A stretch of DNA of 64,000 nt from a virus, in the IMG/VR virus record IMGVR_UViG_3300028393_001967. The stretch is one strand, 5' to 3'. Numbering within the stretch: position 1 is the stretch's first letter; every line of letters starts with the position of its first letter. Of this stretch, positions 10,654 through 20,945 are shown one piece after another. Made by a program: the position numbers and the translations under genes. Under the pieces are notes generated by a model. The model worked only from the letters and a program-made list of their open reading frames with translations. It ran no database searches and had not been told where the DNA came from.

Positions 10654-10812
10654 ATGAAACAAAAGAAATTAGTTTCCAAATTGTACAGGGCTTGTTTCCG
10701 ACACGATGAAGATGCAATTGCCAAACTACGTAAAGAACAGTTTCGCAAGATACTAAAGCACCGCGCCGAAGGCAAATCATTTGATGCAAAATGGACAATA
10801 GTGCAAATTTAA
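10654..10812 (+). CDS. Small basic late protein (52 aa, absent from the ORF track)
   Basis: TATAAATA at 10625, [30 protein letters not shown]... Confidence 0.7.
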   Translation: MKQKKLVSKLYRACFRHDEDAIAKLRKEQFRKILKHRAEGKSFDAKWTIVQI

Positions 10813-10862
10813 CGTAACAGAACTGTAATGTTCTAAAAATGTATAGGGCGATAAATATGGAT

Positions 10863-11657
10863 ATGACAAAAACCAAAACTTATCGCTCTATTTTTGTGAG
10901 TGACGTGCACCTTGGTACCAAAGATTGCCAAGCCGACAAACTCAATAACTTCCTTAAACATAATTCTTGTGATACACTATACCTTGTAGGAGATATAATT
11001 GATGCCTGGAGAATACAACAAAACAAATGGCGCTGGAAACAGAGCCACACTAATGTGGTGCGTCGTGTGCTCGGTCATGCTAAACGTGGCACTCGCGTCG
11101 TGTATATTGCAGGCAATCATGATGAATTCTTGCGTCCAATGATTCCATATGGGTTTAGTTTTGGACTCATTGAAATTCACAACCAAATAGAACATATTGG
11201 TGCCGATGGTAAACATTATCTAGTTACCCACGGTGATCTATTTGATGGTATTACAAGACTAGCACCTTGGCTAGCATTTTTAGGGGACAAGGCATATGAC
11301 ATTATTCTCACTCTTAACAGCAGATTTAATTGGGTGCGCCATCGTTTGGGTTTTGGCTACTGGAGTCTGTCTCAGTATCTTAAGCATCGTGTTAAGAAAG
11401 CCGTGGATTTTATGTTTAAGTTTGAGCTTACTCTTGTTGGATATTGCCGCAAGAGAGGTTTTGATGGTGTCATTTGCGGACATATTCACCACGCTGAAAT
11501 AAAAGAGATTGATGGCATTGCTTATATGAACGACGGTGACTGGGTAGAAAGTTGTACTGCCCTAGTTGAACACCACGACGGCCGTTGGGAGATAATTACA
11601 TGGACTACGGAGAAAGATGATGTGGTTATTGATACTAATAGCAGTACACATAAATAA
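10863..11657 (+). CDS. Metallophosphoesterase, PlcP/LpxH2-like phospholipase C
   Basis: SDVHLG, LVGDIID, GNHDE, HGDLFD, GVICGHIH and NDGDWVESCTALVEH. Confidence 0.85.
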   Translation: MTKTKTYRSIFVSDVHLGTKDCQADKLNNFLKHNSCDTLYLVGDIIDAWRIQQNKWRWKQSHTNVVRRVLGHAKRGTRVVYIAGNHDEFLRPMIPYGFSFGLIEIHNQIEHIGADGKHYLVTHGDLFDGITRLAPWLAFLGDKAYDIILTLNSRFNWVRHRLGFGYWSLSQYLKHRVKKAVDFMFKFELTLVGYCRKRGFDGVICGHIHHAEIKEIDGIAYMNDGDWVESCTALVEHHDGRWEIITWTTEKDDVVIDTNSSTHK

Positions 11658-11793
11658 TCCATCTGATCAACCAGGTCGAATAGAACTTCAATTTTCAGAC
11701 CAGTTGACTTGCGAACGCAGTCTTAGTACAATAAAATGGAACTTAAAGTTCAAAAATTTTAAAATAGAGGGCTCATGCCAAAAACAATCTTAA
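11617..11793 (+). CDS. Small exported protein with two Cys (58 aa, absent from the ORF track)
   Basis: GGAG RBS; MMWLLILIAVH... overlaps both neighbours in operon fashion. Confidence 0.55.
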   Translation: MMWLLILIAVHINNPSDQPGRIELQFSDQLTCERSLSTIKWNLKFKNFKIEGSCQKQS

Positions 11794-12665
11794 TTTTAAC
11801 CAAATTAGATCGTAACGAATACGAATCTAACAAACTAGTAGAAAGTTTTGAATCCAAGGGTATTAATGCTATGATGGCACACCCTGATGATTTTGACATC
11901 ATTGTTGACCGTGATATACACAAGGGTTTAAAATACAAGGGTGAGGATATGGAACTTCCAAGCCTGGCCCTAGTAAGACTGGGTGCTGGCATACTACCAT
12001 TTCAGTTGGCCGTTGTACGTCATTTAGAACAAGCAGGCATTCCTTGTGTTAATGGTAGTGTTGCTATTGAAACAGTTAAAGACAAACTACGCACAAGTCA
12101 AATTCTAAGTCGGCACAGTATTCCCATCCCTAACACTATGATGGTGCGTATGCCTATTGACGACAATCTTGTTAAAGACAACATTGGTTTTCCCTGTGTA
12201 GTCAAAGTTGTTACTGGCAGCTACGGTGAAGGAGTGTACCTTTGTGAGCGACAAAGAGACTACAAAAAACTAATGGAATTTATTGACAATCTAGGTAACA
12301 AGAAAACTATGATTGTACAAGAATATCTAGGAGAACGTGTAGGGGAAGATCTACGAGTACTGGTAATAGGAGGCAAAGTTATTGGTGCTATGAAACGTAC
12401 AGCTCCTGAAGGAGATTTTCGGGCCAACATTACCGGCGGCGGCACTGGGGAAAGTTATCCCGTAACGGAGGAAATTGATTTCCTTGCTAGAGAAACTGCC
12501 AGAGCGCTAAATTTAGATATTGCAGGCATTGATTTGTTGTTTGACAGTAGGGGCTTTAGGGTTTGCGAAGCAAACAGTAATCCTGGGTTCAGTGGTTTTG
12601 AACGTTATTGTGGGGTCAATGTTGCTGACATAATTACAGAATATGTAAAGTTCAAAGTTCAATGA
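11775..12665 (+). CDS. rimK: RimK-family ATP-grasp ligase
   Basis: DKL, GSYGEGV, VQEY, DLRVLVIGG, FRANITGGG, GIDLL and EANSNPGF. Confidence 0.88.
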   Translation: MPKTILILTKLDRNEYESNKLVESFESKGINAMMAHPDDFDIIVDRDIHKGLKYKGEDMELPSLALVRLGAGILPFQLAVVRHLEQAGIPCVNGSVAIETVKDKLRTSQILSRHSIPIPNTMMVRMPIDDNLVKDNIGFPCVVKVVTGSYGEGVYLCERQRDYKKLMEFIDNLGNKKTMIVQEYLGERVGEDLRVLVIGGKVIGAMKRTAPEGDFRANITGGGTGESYPVTEEIDFLARETARALNLDIAGIDLLFDSRGFRVCEANSNPGFSGFERYCGVNVADIITEYVKFKVQ

Positions 12666-13669
12666 AAACAATATTAGTCATCACTGATAACTTACCGGAG
12701 CAAATAAATGGCGTGGTCACGACCTACACGAATATTGAGACACTTGCGGTTTTGGATGGTTATAAGTTTGTGGTGTTGCATCCCGGGTGGTTCCGCTACA
12801 TTGATTGCCCTAAATATCACGAGGTCAAACTTGCCTGGCCACGCCATATGGGGAAGAAGATTAAAGAGATTGCTCCGGATTATATACACATCGCGACAGA
12901 AGGTCCTCTTGGTGTGTGGGCTAGAAAGTATCTTTCATTGGCTGGTATTAGGCACAATACCGCTTATCATACTAAATTTCCTGAAGGTTTAAAAAAGCTG
13001 TTTGGTATCCCTGAAACATTTACTTGGCGTTTTGTTCGTTGGTTTCACAAACATAGTGGTAAAGTATTGACCACCACAGACAGTATGGTTAAAGAATTAG
13101 AAGCACACGGTTTTAAAGGCGAAGTTGTTCCTTGGACACGTGGGGTTGATCGTGAAATCTTTAAACCAGAACTTAGGGAAGATTTTCCTAGCAAATATTT
13201 GTTATGTGTTAGCCGTGTCAGCAAGGAAAAGAATTTAGAAGCGTTCTTGGAATTAGATTATCCTGGCTATCAAAAGATTATGGTAGGTGATGGTCCTATG
13301 TTGGAAACATATAAGAAGCGATATCCTGATGTTACATTTACTGGATTCAAAACTGGAGTGGACCTAGCTCGTTATTATGCCAATGCTGAAGTATTTGTAT
13401 TCCCTAGCAAGTGGGAAACATTTGGTATTGTTATGATTGAAGCAATGGCCTGCGGAACTCCAGTTGCTGCTTATCCCTGTCAAGGTCCAGAAGATGTTGT
13501 TGAGCCTGGCGTTACTGGATTTTTGGAAGAAGATTTGGCCACCGCGGTTTATCGTTGTTTAGGATTGAATAGGGATCGAGTATTACAGGGTAGTCAAATA
13601 TGGTCTTGGCCTCGAGCTTGGGAAATATTTAGAGACAACTTAATAGAAATAAAACCGGCCACAGAATAA
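12662..13669 (+). CDS. GT4 glycosyltransferase (Agt/MgtA-like glycolipid synthase)
   Basis: NGVV, IHIATEGPLG, YHTKFPE, RGVD, FVFPSKWETFGIVMIEAMACGTPV. Confidence 0.88.
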   Translation: MKTILVITDNLPEQINGVVTTYTNIETLAVLDGYKFVVLHPGWFRYIDCPKYHEVKLAWPRHMGKKIKEIAPDYIHIATEGPLGVWARKYLSLAGIRHNTAYHTKFPEGLKKLFGIPETFTWRFVRWFHKHSGKVLTTTDSMVKELEAHGFKGEVVPWTRGVDREIFKPELREDFPSKYLLCVSRVSKEKNLEAFLELDYPGYQKIMVGDGPMLETYKKRYPDVTFTGFKTGVDLARYYANAEVFVFPSKWETFGIVMIEAMACGTPVAAYPCQGPEDVVEPGVTGFLEEDLATAVYRCLGLNRDRVLQGSQIWSWPRAWEIFRDNLIEIKPATE

Positions 13670-13725
13670 GATCTTGTATTTGGTAATAGGATCTTATGAT
13701 CCTATTTTTACGACTAAATATTCCT

Positions 13726-14409
13726 ATGAGAGCCAACGAATTTATTATTGAATTGCATTTACCACCCGACGTCGACGAAGGTTGGAAAGACTGGGTAGCA
13801 GGTGCTGCTATGGGTGCGGCTGCATTAGGTGGTGCACAAGATGCTAATGCTAAACAGCCAGCAAAACAACCACAGGCACAACACCAACAAGTGCAAAAAG
13901 TTGCCGCTAAAAAATTACTACCACCACAACAAATGGATCCGGCAACAAATCCAGAAACTCAAAGAATAGCAAATACCATCAATCAACCAGTTGCTGCTAC
14001 ATTGATTAAGACTGCACAGAAAGCAGGCATTGTTGGATCTGAACTAGCACAGATGGTAGCACAGGCAGCACACGAAACTGCCAATTTTACCACAATGCAT
14101 CAGAAGATTAAAAATCCCCACGACCCTTGGGAAATTGGGCGCGGATACTTTCAACTGACACACAAGTTTATGTACAAGGCCGCAAGTCAAGCAATTTTCA
14201 AAGATGATAGATTGATAAAGAATCCTGAACTTGCCGCTGACCCAAAAGTAGCCGCACAAGTGGCAGTATGGTATTGGAAAACGCAAGTCAAAGCACCAGA
14301 TCCTATGGACACAGCAGCAGTAACTAAAAAAATCAACGGTGGCAATACTGGATTACAAGATAGGCACAATAAGTTTGCTGCCATTATGCGTCTAATGAAA
14401 CGAGCATAA
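13726..14409 (+). CDS. GH19 chitinase/lysozyme-like protein with internal-protein-type N-terminus
   Basis: AQAAHET, GRGYFQLT, AVWYW and TKKINGG; starts MRANEFIIE after CTAAATA. Confidence 0.8.
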   Translation: MRANEFIIELHLPPDVDEGWKDWVAGAAMGAAALGGAQDANAKQPAKQPQAQHQQVQKVAAKKLLPPQQMDPATNPETQRIANTINQPVAATLIKTAQKAGIVGSELAQMVAQAAHETANFTTMHQKIKNPHDPWEIGRGYFQLTHKFMYKAASQAIFKDDRLIKNPELAADPKVAAQVAVWYWKTQVKAPDPMDTAAVTKKINGGNTGLQDRHNKFAAIMRLMKRA

Positions 14410-14410
14410 A

Positions 14411-15220
14411 ATGAAAGCAATAGAATTTATTTTTGAAACTCAGGAAGCAATCGAAAAACTTCCATCTGCTGAATATACCGGTGGTAAAAAGTCATTGTAT
14501 GTACCCACACAGTTCAAATCAGATGTCACTAAAGAGTTACCAGGCGGCAGCGGATTCTTATACACTATAGGGCCTGGACATTATGGTACCGATATACAAA
14601 TATGGGATCCCAAAGGACAAGATTATATCAATGCAACAACACCGCCAGTTAAAAAGCCGAGAGAGTCTGATGGTGCTTATAAAGAACGAGTTCAATATTG
14701 GAATAATGCCAACAAACGAGCGTTGAAAACTCCAGGGCAATTGATTGGTAAACTTTTAATTACACCTGCAGATACAAGGACAAGCCATTTCCCATTACCT
14801 AACGCAGTAAGAGTTGATACTATCACAGTTGATGAAGACTATCGCGGTCGAGGAATTGCCAAGGCATTGTATGGCATTGTGTTAACTATCATGAAATTGC
14901 CGCTGGTTGCGGGCAGTATGCAAACACCTGGTGGTCGTAAAAATTGGGTCAGCCTTGCCAGTATACCTGGTGTTGAAATGAAAGGGTATGTAGGTTTAGA
15001 AACTTATGATCTAAATTCTCGTAATATTGATATAGTCATGGGGCAACTGGGCGGCGAACATATTGGCCGGGCCAAAGATGGAGAAGCGTTTTTTGCGTTT
15101 GATGTACGGCCTACAACAACTGGGCAGGAATTAGAAGCCCACGTTAAGACATCCTTATCTAAGATATATGGCAGTGGTCAATATAATTCTGGACTATACG
15201 CAACTTGGAGCGGGGCATGA
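14411..15220 (+). CDS. GNAT-fold protein, putative virion internal protein
   Basis: VDEDYRGRGIAKALY acetyl-CoA motif; N-terminus MKAIEFIFE. Confidence 0.65.
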   Translation: MKAIEFIFETQEAIEKLPSAEYTGGKKSLYVPTQFKSDVTKELPGGSGFLYTIGPGHYGTDIQIWDPKGQDYINATTPPVKKPRESDGAYKERVQYWNNANKRALKTPGQLIGKLLITPADTRTSHFPLPNAVRVDTITVDEDYRGRGIAKALYGIVLTIMKLPLVAGSMQTPGGRKNWVSLASIPGVEMKGYVGLETYDLNSRNIDIVMGQLGGEHIGRAKDGEAFFAFDVRPTTTGQELEAHVKTSLSKIYGSGQYNSGLYATWSGA

Positions 15221-15624
15221 GAATAAACGAACTATTCACAGGCGGTCACAAATGGCAGTGGGATTACAATAGTCATACGGAAGCCGAGGCCACGTTCGTT
15301 GTAGGTGAAATACAATATAAGTTCTATGCATATACATCTGAACAAGGTGTGTGGGAAGTAGAGTTCAAAGTAATGGAAGGTGGTAATCCGCGTAACAGAT
15401 TTGGTATTACTGGTACCGGTAATGCTGCTATAGTTATGTCCACAGTCACTGATATAATGCGAGAATTTCTGGAAATGCACAAGGGTGATATAACAACACT
15501 TACCTTTACTGCTGATGAAAGTTCTCGTCAAGCATTATATGCTAGAATGGTCAAGCGTTTATTACCATCTTGGACACTTACACAAAAACATAAACAATTT
15601 GTTTTAACTGCTCCGACCGTTTGA
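15217..15624 (+). CDS. Hypothetical protein, putative virion internal protein
   Basis: ATGA overlap with the upstream gene; N-terminus MRINELF. Confidence 0.65.
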   Translation: MRINELFTGGHKWQWDYNSHTEAEATFVVGEIQYKFYAYTSEQGVWEVEFKVMEGGNPRNRFGITGTGNAAIVMSTVTDIMREFLEMHKGDITTLTFTADESSRQALYARMVKRLLPSWTLTQKHKQFVLTAPTV

Positions 15625-15639
15625 AGGTCTTTCCAAAAT

Positions 15640-16180
15640 CTTCATTTGCGACCTTGTTGGTTCTACTGTACACTGTATAGACATATACACATAGTACAGC
15701 GAAACACAAGGTTTGCAGGCCAGTTAACTTTCTGCAGGGTAAGCATCTGATGTGTGTGCCGATGCCCAATTCTTTTCGTTCGCAAAAGACTTCTAACTCA
15801 CTACCTCAAGCCACGATTTGAGATGCCTAATAAACGCCAGTCCCACGACTGTTCACGTTTGAGTTGTCGTAAAAAGGTTGTCAAATAGCAATATTAGAAT
15901 AAGGGTGCGTCAGTGCCTTTAGAATTTCAATACATTATATGCGTCCAATGACACGGAGGACGCTTAAAAATCGCCGCAGGTCTGGTAAGGGTCGAGCCAA
16001 ATAATGTGAAGTTTATAAACACCTGCTGTCTAAATGAACGAAAGCAACTCAGATGAGAACCTTCTTTATGGCACCACTAACCTGGTGTCATACTCACTCT
16101 ACAATCTAGATGAATTTAAATTCAGTTCAATAATTGCCCGAGCGTGAGCGATAGGGCGGTTGAACTTGTTCAACCTTTAT
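15640..16180. other. ~540-nt non-coding, hairpin-rich region (structured RNA or origin)
   Basis: No credible ORF; multiple inverted repeats. Confidence 0.45.
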
Positions 16181-16197
16181 TGATACTAAATATTTGT

Positions 16198-18255
16198 ATG
16201 TTTAAAAAACTCTTACTCAATCCTTGGACTGCTTTAATTACCCTTGCTATAATATTATCCGTTAGATTTTATGATCCTTCCTTTGTAGAATCTGTTAGAT
16301 TACGCTACTTTGATCAGTTGGTGACTAGTCAAGACAAAGTGGATATTCCCGTTAATGTCGTACACATCGATGAATCAGCTTTAGACAAATATGGGCAATG
16401 GCCTTTCCCCCGAGATTATTATGCCAACATCATTAAGGATTTGTATGCCCGTGATGCAGGGCTAGTTGTATTCAATGTACTAATGCCAGAAGCAGACAGA
16501 TTTAAACAAGATTCAGTATTAGCTAGAACTTTACAAACACATCCAACTATATTGCCTACATTGGGCAGTCAAAAACAAAAGAACACAGATCACGGCAGCG
16601 CCATACAAGTGATTGGGTTGGATCCTGCTGGCCGAGTAGTTGAGTACCCAGGACTTATTTCCAATGTTGAACCACTTGAATCATTGGCAGCAGGCGTTGG
16701 TATTGTAAACACATTTCCTGAAGTGGATGGCGTTGTTCGCCGTATGCCGCTTGTTATACTGAGCAATGGATCTTTACATCCTAGCCTAGCATTGGAAACT
16801 ATGCGTGTGGCTGCTGGTGACATTAAGATACAGGCTAAGATTGACGAAGAAGGAATTGCAGCCCTACGTATTCCCAAAGTTGGAAAGATCCCTACAGATG
16901 GATTAAGCCGTGTTTGGGTTGATTGGAGTCAAACTCCTAAAGAATATAGCCTAACTGAATTACCTAAATCATTTAATCACGAAATTGTCATTGTGGGTCT
17001 TAGTGCTGCTGGTCTAGTTAATCCTGTAGCAACATCCAAAGGCGAGATATGGCCACAAAACTTGCAGGCCGCTGCTATTGGAACAATCCTTAGTGGCAAA
17101 ACTATCCTACGTCCAGATTGGGCGGACACTGCGGAATTGGCTGCATTGTTTGTAATCAGTGTTATTTTATTATTTTTAACGAGGTGGACCTATGTCGGAC
17201 TTTCAGCAATGGTTATATTGGCAGTCAGTGGTGCTATTTTACCTTACTATCTTTATAGTCATTGGTTATTCCTTTTCGATGCCACTGCCTTAACAGCAGG
17301 TATCGTATTAGTATCGCTACACGCTTATGGTGTTAAGTTTGTAAGCGAGTTCTTACAAAAACAACAAATTAAGAAACAGTTTGGCAGTTATCTAAGTCCA
17401 GACTTGGTTGCTAAACTGGTTAAAGATCCTAGCCTATTAAAACTGGGTGGAACAGAACAAGATCTTACTATCCAGTTTAGCGACGTTCGCGGCTTTACTA
17501 GCATCAGCGAGCACTATGGCAAGGACGTTCAAGGGCTTACTAAAATTATGAATCGTTATATGACTGTAATGACACGAGTAATTTTAGAAAACGAAGGCAC
17601 ATTGGACAAGTACATTGGTGATGCTACGATGAGTTTTTGGAATGCCCCATTAGACAATCACAAGCACGCCAAAGACAGTGTTAGAGCAGCATTAGAAATG
17701 CTAGATGCAGTAAAGGTGTTTAATGATGAAATTGCTAAAGAAGGTGTACCACCTTTTGGTCTTGGTATTGGTTGCAACACTGGCGTTGTCGTTGTTGGTA
17801 ATATGGGCGGCGAGCAACGTTTTGATTATACTTGTCTCGGCGATGCTGTTAATTTGGCTTCCAGACTTGAAGGCCAAAGCAAGAACTACGGCGTACTCCT
17901 TGTTATCGGACCAGAAACAGCAGCCAGATTAGATGATGAATTCTTTGCTATTGAACTTGACTGTATAGCAGTTAAAGGCAAGACGGAAGGAGTAACAATC
18001 TTTACTGCTTTCCGTAATCCAGATGCTGGTGCAATGGTGGATTATATTTCTTCCCGTGAGCGTCACGAACTAATGTTGGCTCACTATCGTAAACAACAGT
18101 GGGAACAGGCTATCAAACTTTGCAATGAACTACAAGGTGAGTTTGATGGACAGTTGGATCATTACTATGAACTATGGCTAGAGCGTATTGAAGAAATGCG
18201 AGCCAAAGGATTACCAGAAGATTGGGATGGCGTGTTTAGAGCGACGAGCAAATAA
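16198..18255 (+). CDS. CHASE2-domain class III adenylate/guanylate cyclase
   Basis: GQWPFPR and DGVVRR (CHASE2); TM helices; FSDVRGFT, DKYIGDA, GIGCNTG and GDAVNLASRLE. Confidence 0.93.
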   Translation: MFKKLLLNPWTALITLAIILSVRFYDPSFVESVRLRYFDQLVTSQDKVDIPVNVVHIDESALDKYGQWPFPRDYYANIIKDLYARDAGLVVFNVLMPEADRFKQDSVLARTLQTHPTILPTLGSQKQKNTDHGSAIQVIGLDPAGRVVEYPGLISNVEPLESLAAGVGIVNTFPEVDGVVRRMPLVILSNGSLHPSLALETMRVAAGDIKIQAKIDEEGIAALRIPKVGKIPTDGLSRVWVDWSQTPKEYSLTELPKSFNHEIVIVGLSAAGLVNPVATSKGEIWPQNLQAAAIGTILSGKTILRPDWADTAELAALFVISVILLFLTRWTYVGLSAMVILAVSGAILPYYLYSHWLFLFDATALTAGIVLVSLHAYGVKFVSEFLQKQQIKKQFGSYLSPDLVAKLVKDPSLLKLGGTEQDLTIQFSDVRGFTSISEHYGKDVQGLTKIMNRYMTVMTRVILENEGTLDKYIGDATMSFWNAPLDNHKHAKDSVRAALEMLDAVKVFNDEIAKEGVPPFGLGIGCNTGVVVVGNMGGEQRFDYTCLGDAVNLASRLEGQSKNYGVLLVIGPETAARLDDEFFAIELDCIAVKGKTEGVTIFTAFRNPDAGAMVDYISSRERHELMLAHYRKQQWEQAIKLCNELQGEFDGQLDHYYELWLERIEEMRAKGLPEDWDGVFRATSK

Positions 18256-18618
18256 TTAATCGTCGCCGGCAGCTGATTGTATTTCGGTTTTAGTTGCTCG
18301 GCGTTTGCCAATTGGTTGAACAGCAGCATCATCGCGCTTCTTAGTTTGATTAATATCTTTTTCAGCTTCAATACGTTCACGTTCAATGGTCTTACCACGT
18401 AGTTCCATAACAGTTTCTACTTTTTGATTAAGACGTATAAGATCGTTATCCAGCATACGAATACGGTCAATAAGTGCAATAAGAGTTCCGTTGGCTGCAC
18501 CAATAACTGGTTTAATTTCGGTAGTTACCCAAGTCCAAACATAGTAAATCATGTACCCAACACCAAACGCTGCTACAATAGGAAATCCATATTTGTTTAT
18601 TAAATCTACTGGATCCAT
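18256..18618 (-). CDS. Small membrane protein with coiled coil (YvrJ-like)
   Basis: INKYGFPIVAA followed by a TM segment; paralogous to the ORF at 18718. Confidence 0.6.
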   Translation of the reverse strand: MDPVDLINKYGFPIVAAFGVGYMIYYVWTWVTTEIKPVIGAANGTLIALIDRIRMLDNDLIRLNQKVETVMELRGKTIERERIEAEKDINQTKKRDDAAVQPIGKRRATKTEIQSAAGDD

Positions 18619-18717
18619 GATTACCCCTTAAATGTTATGGCAATATACATACCATAGACGGCGACGATCATAGAAATTCCAACTATGATTTGCATAATTA
18701 TACTATCATTAATCATA

Positions 18718-18993
18718 TTAATCCTTCCTTTGATCTGCTTGTTCTGCTCTACTAATTCTATCGTAATCGGGCTGTAAACCTAGTGCGTGGCTTACTTTAA
18801 CGTCAATACGTTGTAGTTGGTTGGTCATTGTATCAACTCGTGCATCAAGCCCTTTGATGATACCGCCCATGCCGTTTACGCTGCTAGTAACACCAGCTAG
18901 AATGAATTTTAGTGTAAGGAAAACGAAATAACCAGCAGCCATTGCGCCAGCAATTGGAAAACCTAATTCTGCTACTAATTTGAAGAAATCCAT
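18718..18993 (-). CDS. Small membrane protein with coiled coil (YvrJ-like)
   Basis: MDFFKLVAELGFPIAGA; GGGAG RBS and TAAATA upstream on the minus strand. Confidence 0.6.
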   Translation of the reverse strand: MDFFKLVAELGFPIAGAMAAGYFVFLTLKFILAGVTSSVNGMGGIIKGLDARVDTMTNQLQRIDVKVSHALGLQPDYDRISRAEQADQRKD

Positions 18994-19092
18994 TAATCTA
19001 CTCCCAGTGTATCTGTATTTACTATGTAGATAATCAAAAAAATATACGCACTTAATTGACAAAATCTTAAATATATGTTATACTTAGACATA

Positions 19093-19167
19093 CTGGCCGT
19101 AGCACAATGGATAGTGCAGTAGCCTTCTAAGCTATTGATCCAGGTTCAATTCCTGGCGGCCGGACCA
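19093..19167 (+). tRNA. tRNA-Arg(UCU)
   Basis: Cloverleaf; loop CTTCTAA; CCA; own TTGACA-17-TATACT promoter. Confidence 0.92.
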
Positions 19168-19173
19168 TACAAA

Positions 19174-20121
19174 ATGAAAATACTAATAATAAGAAATCCC
19201 CAAAACGATCCCCACGCACCCAATTATCCTAATGGATTAAAGGGCGGCGCTTGCTATCAAAGCGATATGTTATTACACGGGCTTAGACAACGTTTTGGGG
19301 ACGAAGTTGTTGAAGTGGAACGTAGTTGGTGGATGTACTCGGAAGATTTTGGTCCTGGCAAATTATCCGAAGATGTACACAAAGGATTTACCATTTATCG
19401 TACACTAGGTGACGATAGCGGAGTAGATAGAACAGATATTGATTCAAAGATTGTCAATCATTATTTTGACGTCGTCATTTTTGGTTATGTGCATTACGGT
19501 ATCAATCCATACTTTTGGAATCTAGTAAAAAATCATTATCAGTCAAACGAAATTTTATATATTGATGGTGATGATAAATGGTCCGCTGTTAGACACGATT
19601 TGTCTAAAGAGTGTGTATACTTTAAACGTGAACTTTTTGAACCATCTGACAACTTATTTCCTATCAGCTTTGCTATGCCTGATGAAAAAATAGACACAGT
19701 TCCCAACGACAACAAAACCTGTATTGTTAGTCATATGGATCCTAGGGATAAAAGCACATACATCTATACTACCGAGCCATCATATTACCAGCAATATGCA
19801 GATGGCTTGTTTGGTATAACAATGAAAAAAGGTGGATGGGATTGTATGCGTCATTATGAAATATTAGCTAATAATTCTATTCCATTATTTTTAGATATTG
19901 AACAATGTCCGTCTCCCAGTGTAATGCATACCTTGCCTAAAGATCAATTGGTAAAGGTGATAGAACTAATTAGGGCAAATGGAATAGATTGGTTTGCAAC
20001 TAGCGACGGTTTTGATTGCTGGCAAGAAATTAACGATAAAGTGCAAACTCATTTTAAACAGTATTGTACTACTAGTGCGTTAGCAGATTACGTGTTAGAC
20101 ACGGTTAGGAAATTGAAATGA
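19174..20121 (+). CDS. Glycosyltransferase-like hypothetical protein
   Basis: IDGDD, YFKREL and GGWDCMRHYEILAN; context of the glycosylation island. Confidence 0.55.
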   Translation: MKILIIRNPQNDPHAPNYPNGLKGGACYQSDMLLHGLRQRFGDEVVEVERSWWMYSEDFGPGKLSEDVHKGFTIYRTLGDDSGVDRTDIDSKIVNHYFDVVIFGYVHYGINPYFWNLVKNHYQSNEILYIDGDDKWSAVRHDLSKECVYFKRELFEPSDNLFPISFAMPDEKIDTVPNDNKTCIVSHMDPRDKSTYIYTTEPSYYQQYADGLFGITMKKGGWDCMRHYEILANNSIPLFLDIEQCPSPSVMHTLPKDQLVKVIELIRANGIDWFATSDGFDCWQEINDKVQTHFKQYCTTSALADYVLDTVRKLK

Positions 20122-20945
20122 AAATTGTTGATACATTTATGTTTTGTAACGAGTATGACTTACTTGAATTACGTTTATCAGAACATTACAATCACGTAGA
20201 CAAGTTTATCATCATTGAATGTGATAGAACATTTACTGGCTTGTATAAAGGATTTAATTTGGAAACACAGTTGGCACGTTATACAACTTGGTGGGATAAA
20301 GTTGAATATATTAAAGTAAGCAATTGCCCCTCCACGCCCAATGCTTGGGCCAACGAAACTTGGCAACGTAGTCATATGAATACAGCGTGGCAAGATTTAG
20401 GTAAAGACGATGTAATTCTAATTAGTGATTTAGATGAAATTTTTAGACCAGAAGCAATTGATTTTATACGCAATAGTGATTACGATTTGTATCTTTTATA
20501 TATGCCTGGATTTTATCTAAAGTTAAACTATATGGACACTGAAGGTCATTATAGTACTTGGGGTCGTGCTATTCGAGGTTATCAAACTGACGGCGAACAG
20601 ATGCGTTATATCAAAGACTTTCCAGGTGCTCGTAAAGTTTCGGTACACCATGCGGGGTGGCATTTTGGTTGGTTAGGCGATGTCAAATGGATTCAGAATA
20701 AAATCAATAGTTTTGCACACGCAGCAGAATTACAAGCAATTGCTCATACTATTGATATTGATGCACATATTCAAAATCACGAAGATCCACAACGTAGATC
20801 AAAGTCGTGGTATCCTGTAAAGTTTGACGGATACTTTCCTAAAACTATTTTAAATAATTTAGAAAAGTATCGTTCTTGGATTTTACCTATTGCTGATAAA
20901 ACTGTACAGGATTATCATACACGCAGTATTTTAGACCTTGATTAA
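20118..20945 (+). CDS. GT17-family glycosyltransferase
   Basis: DTFMFCNEYDLLELRL, ISDLDEI, GWHFGW and KINSFAH. Confidence 0.82.
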   Translation: MKIVDTFMFCNEYDLLELRLSEHYNHVDKFIIIECDRTFTGLYKGFNLETQLARYTTWWDKVEYIKVSNCPSTPNAWANETWQRSHMNTAWQDLGKDDVILISDLDEIFRPEAIDFIRNSDYDLYLLYMPGFYLKLNYMDTEGHYSTWGRAIRGYQTDGEQMRYIKDFPGARKVSVHHAGWHFGWLGDVKWIQNKINSFAHAAELQAIAHTIDIDAHIQNHEDPQRRSKSWYPVKFDGYFPKTILNNLEKYRSWILPIADKTVQDYHTRSILDLD

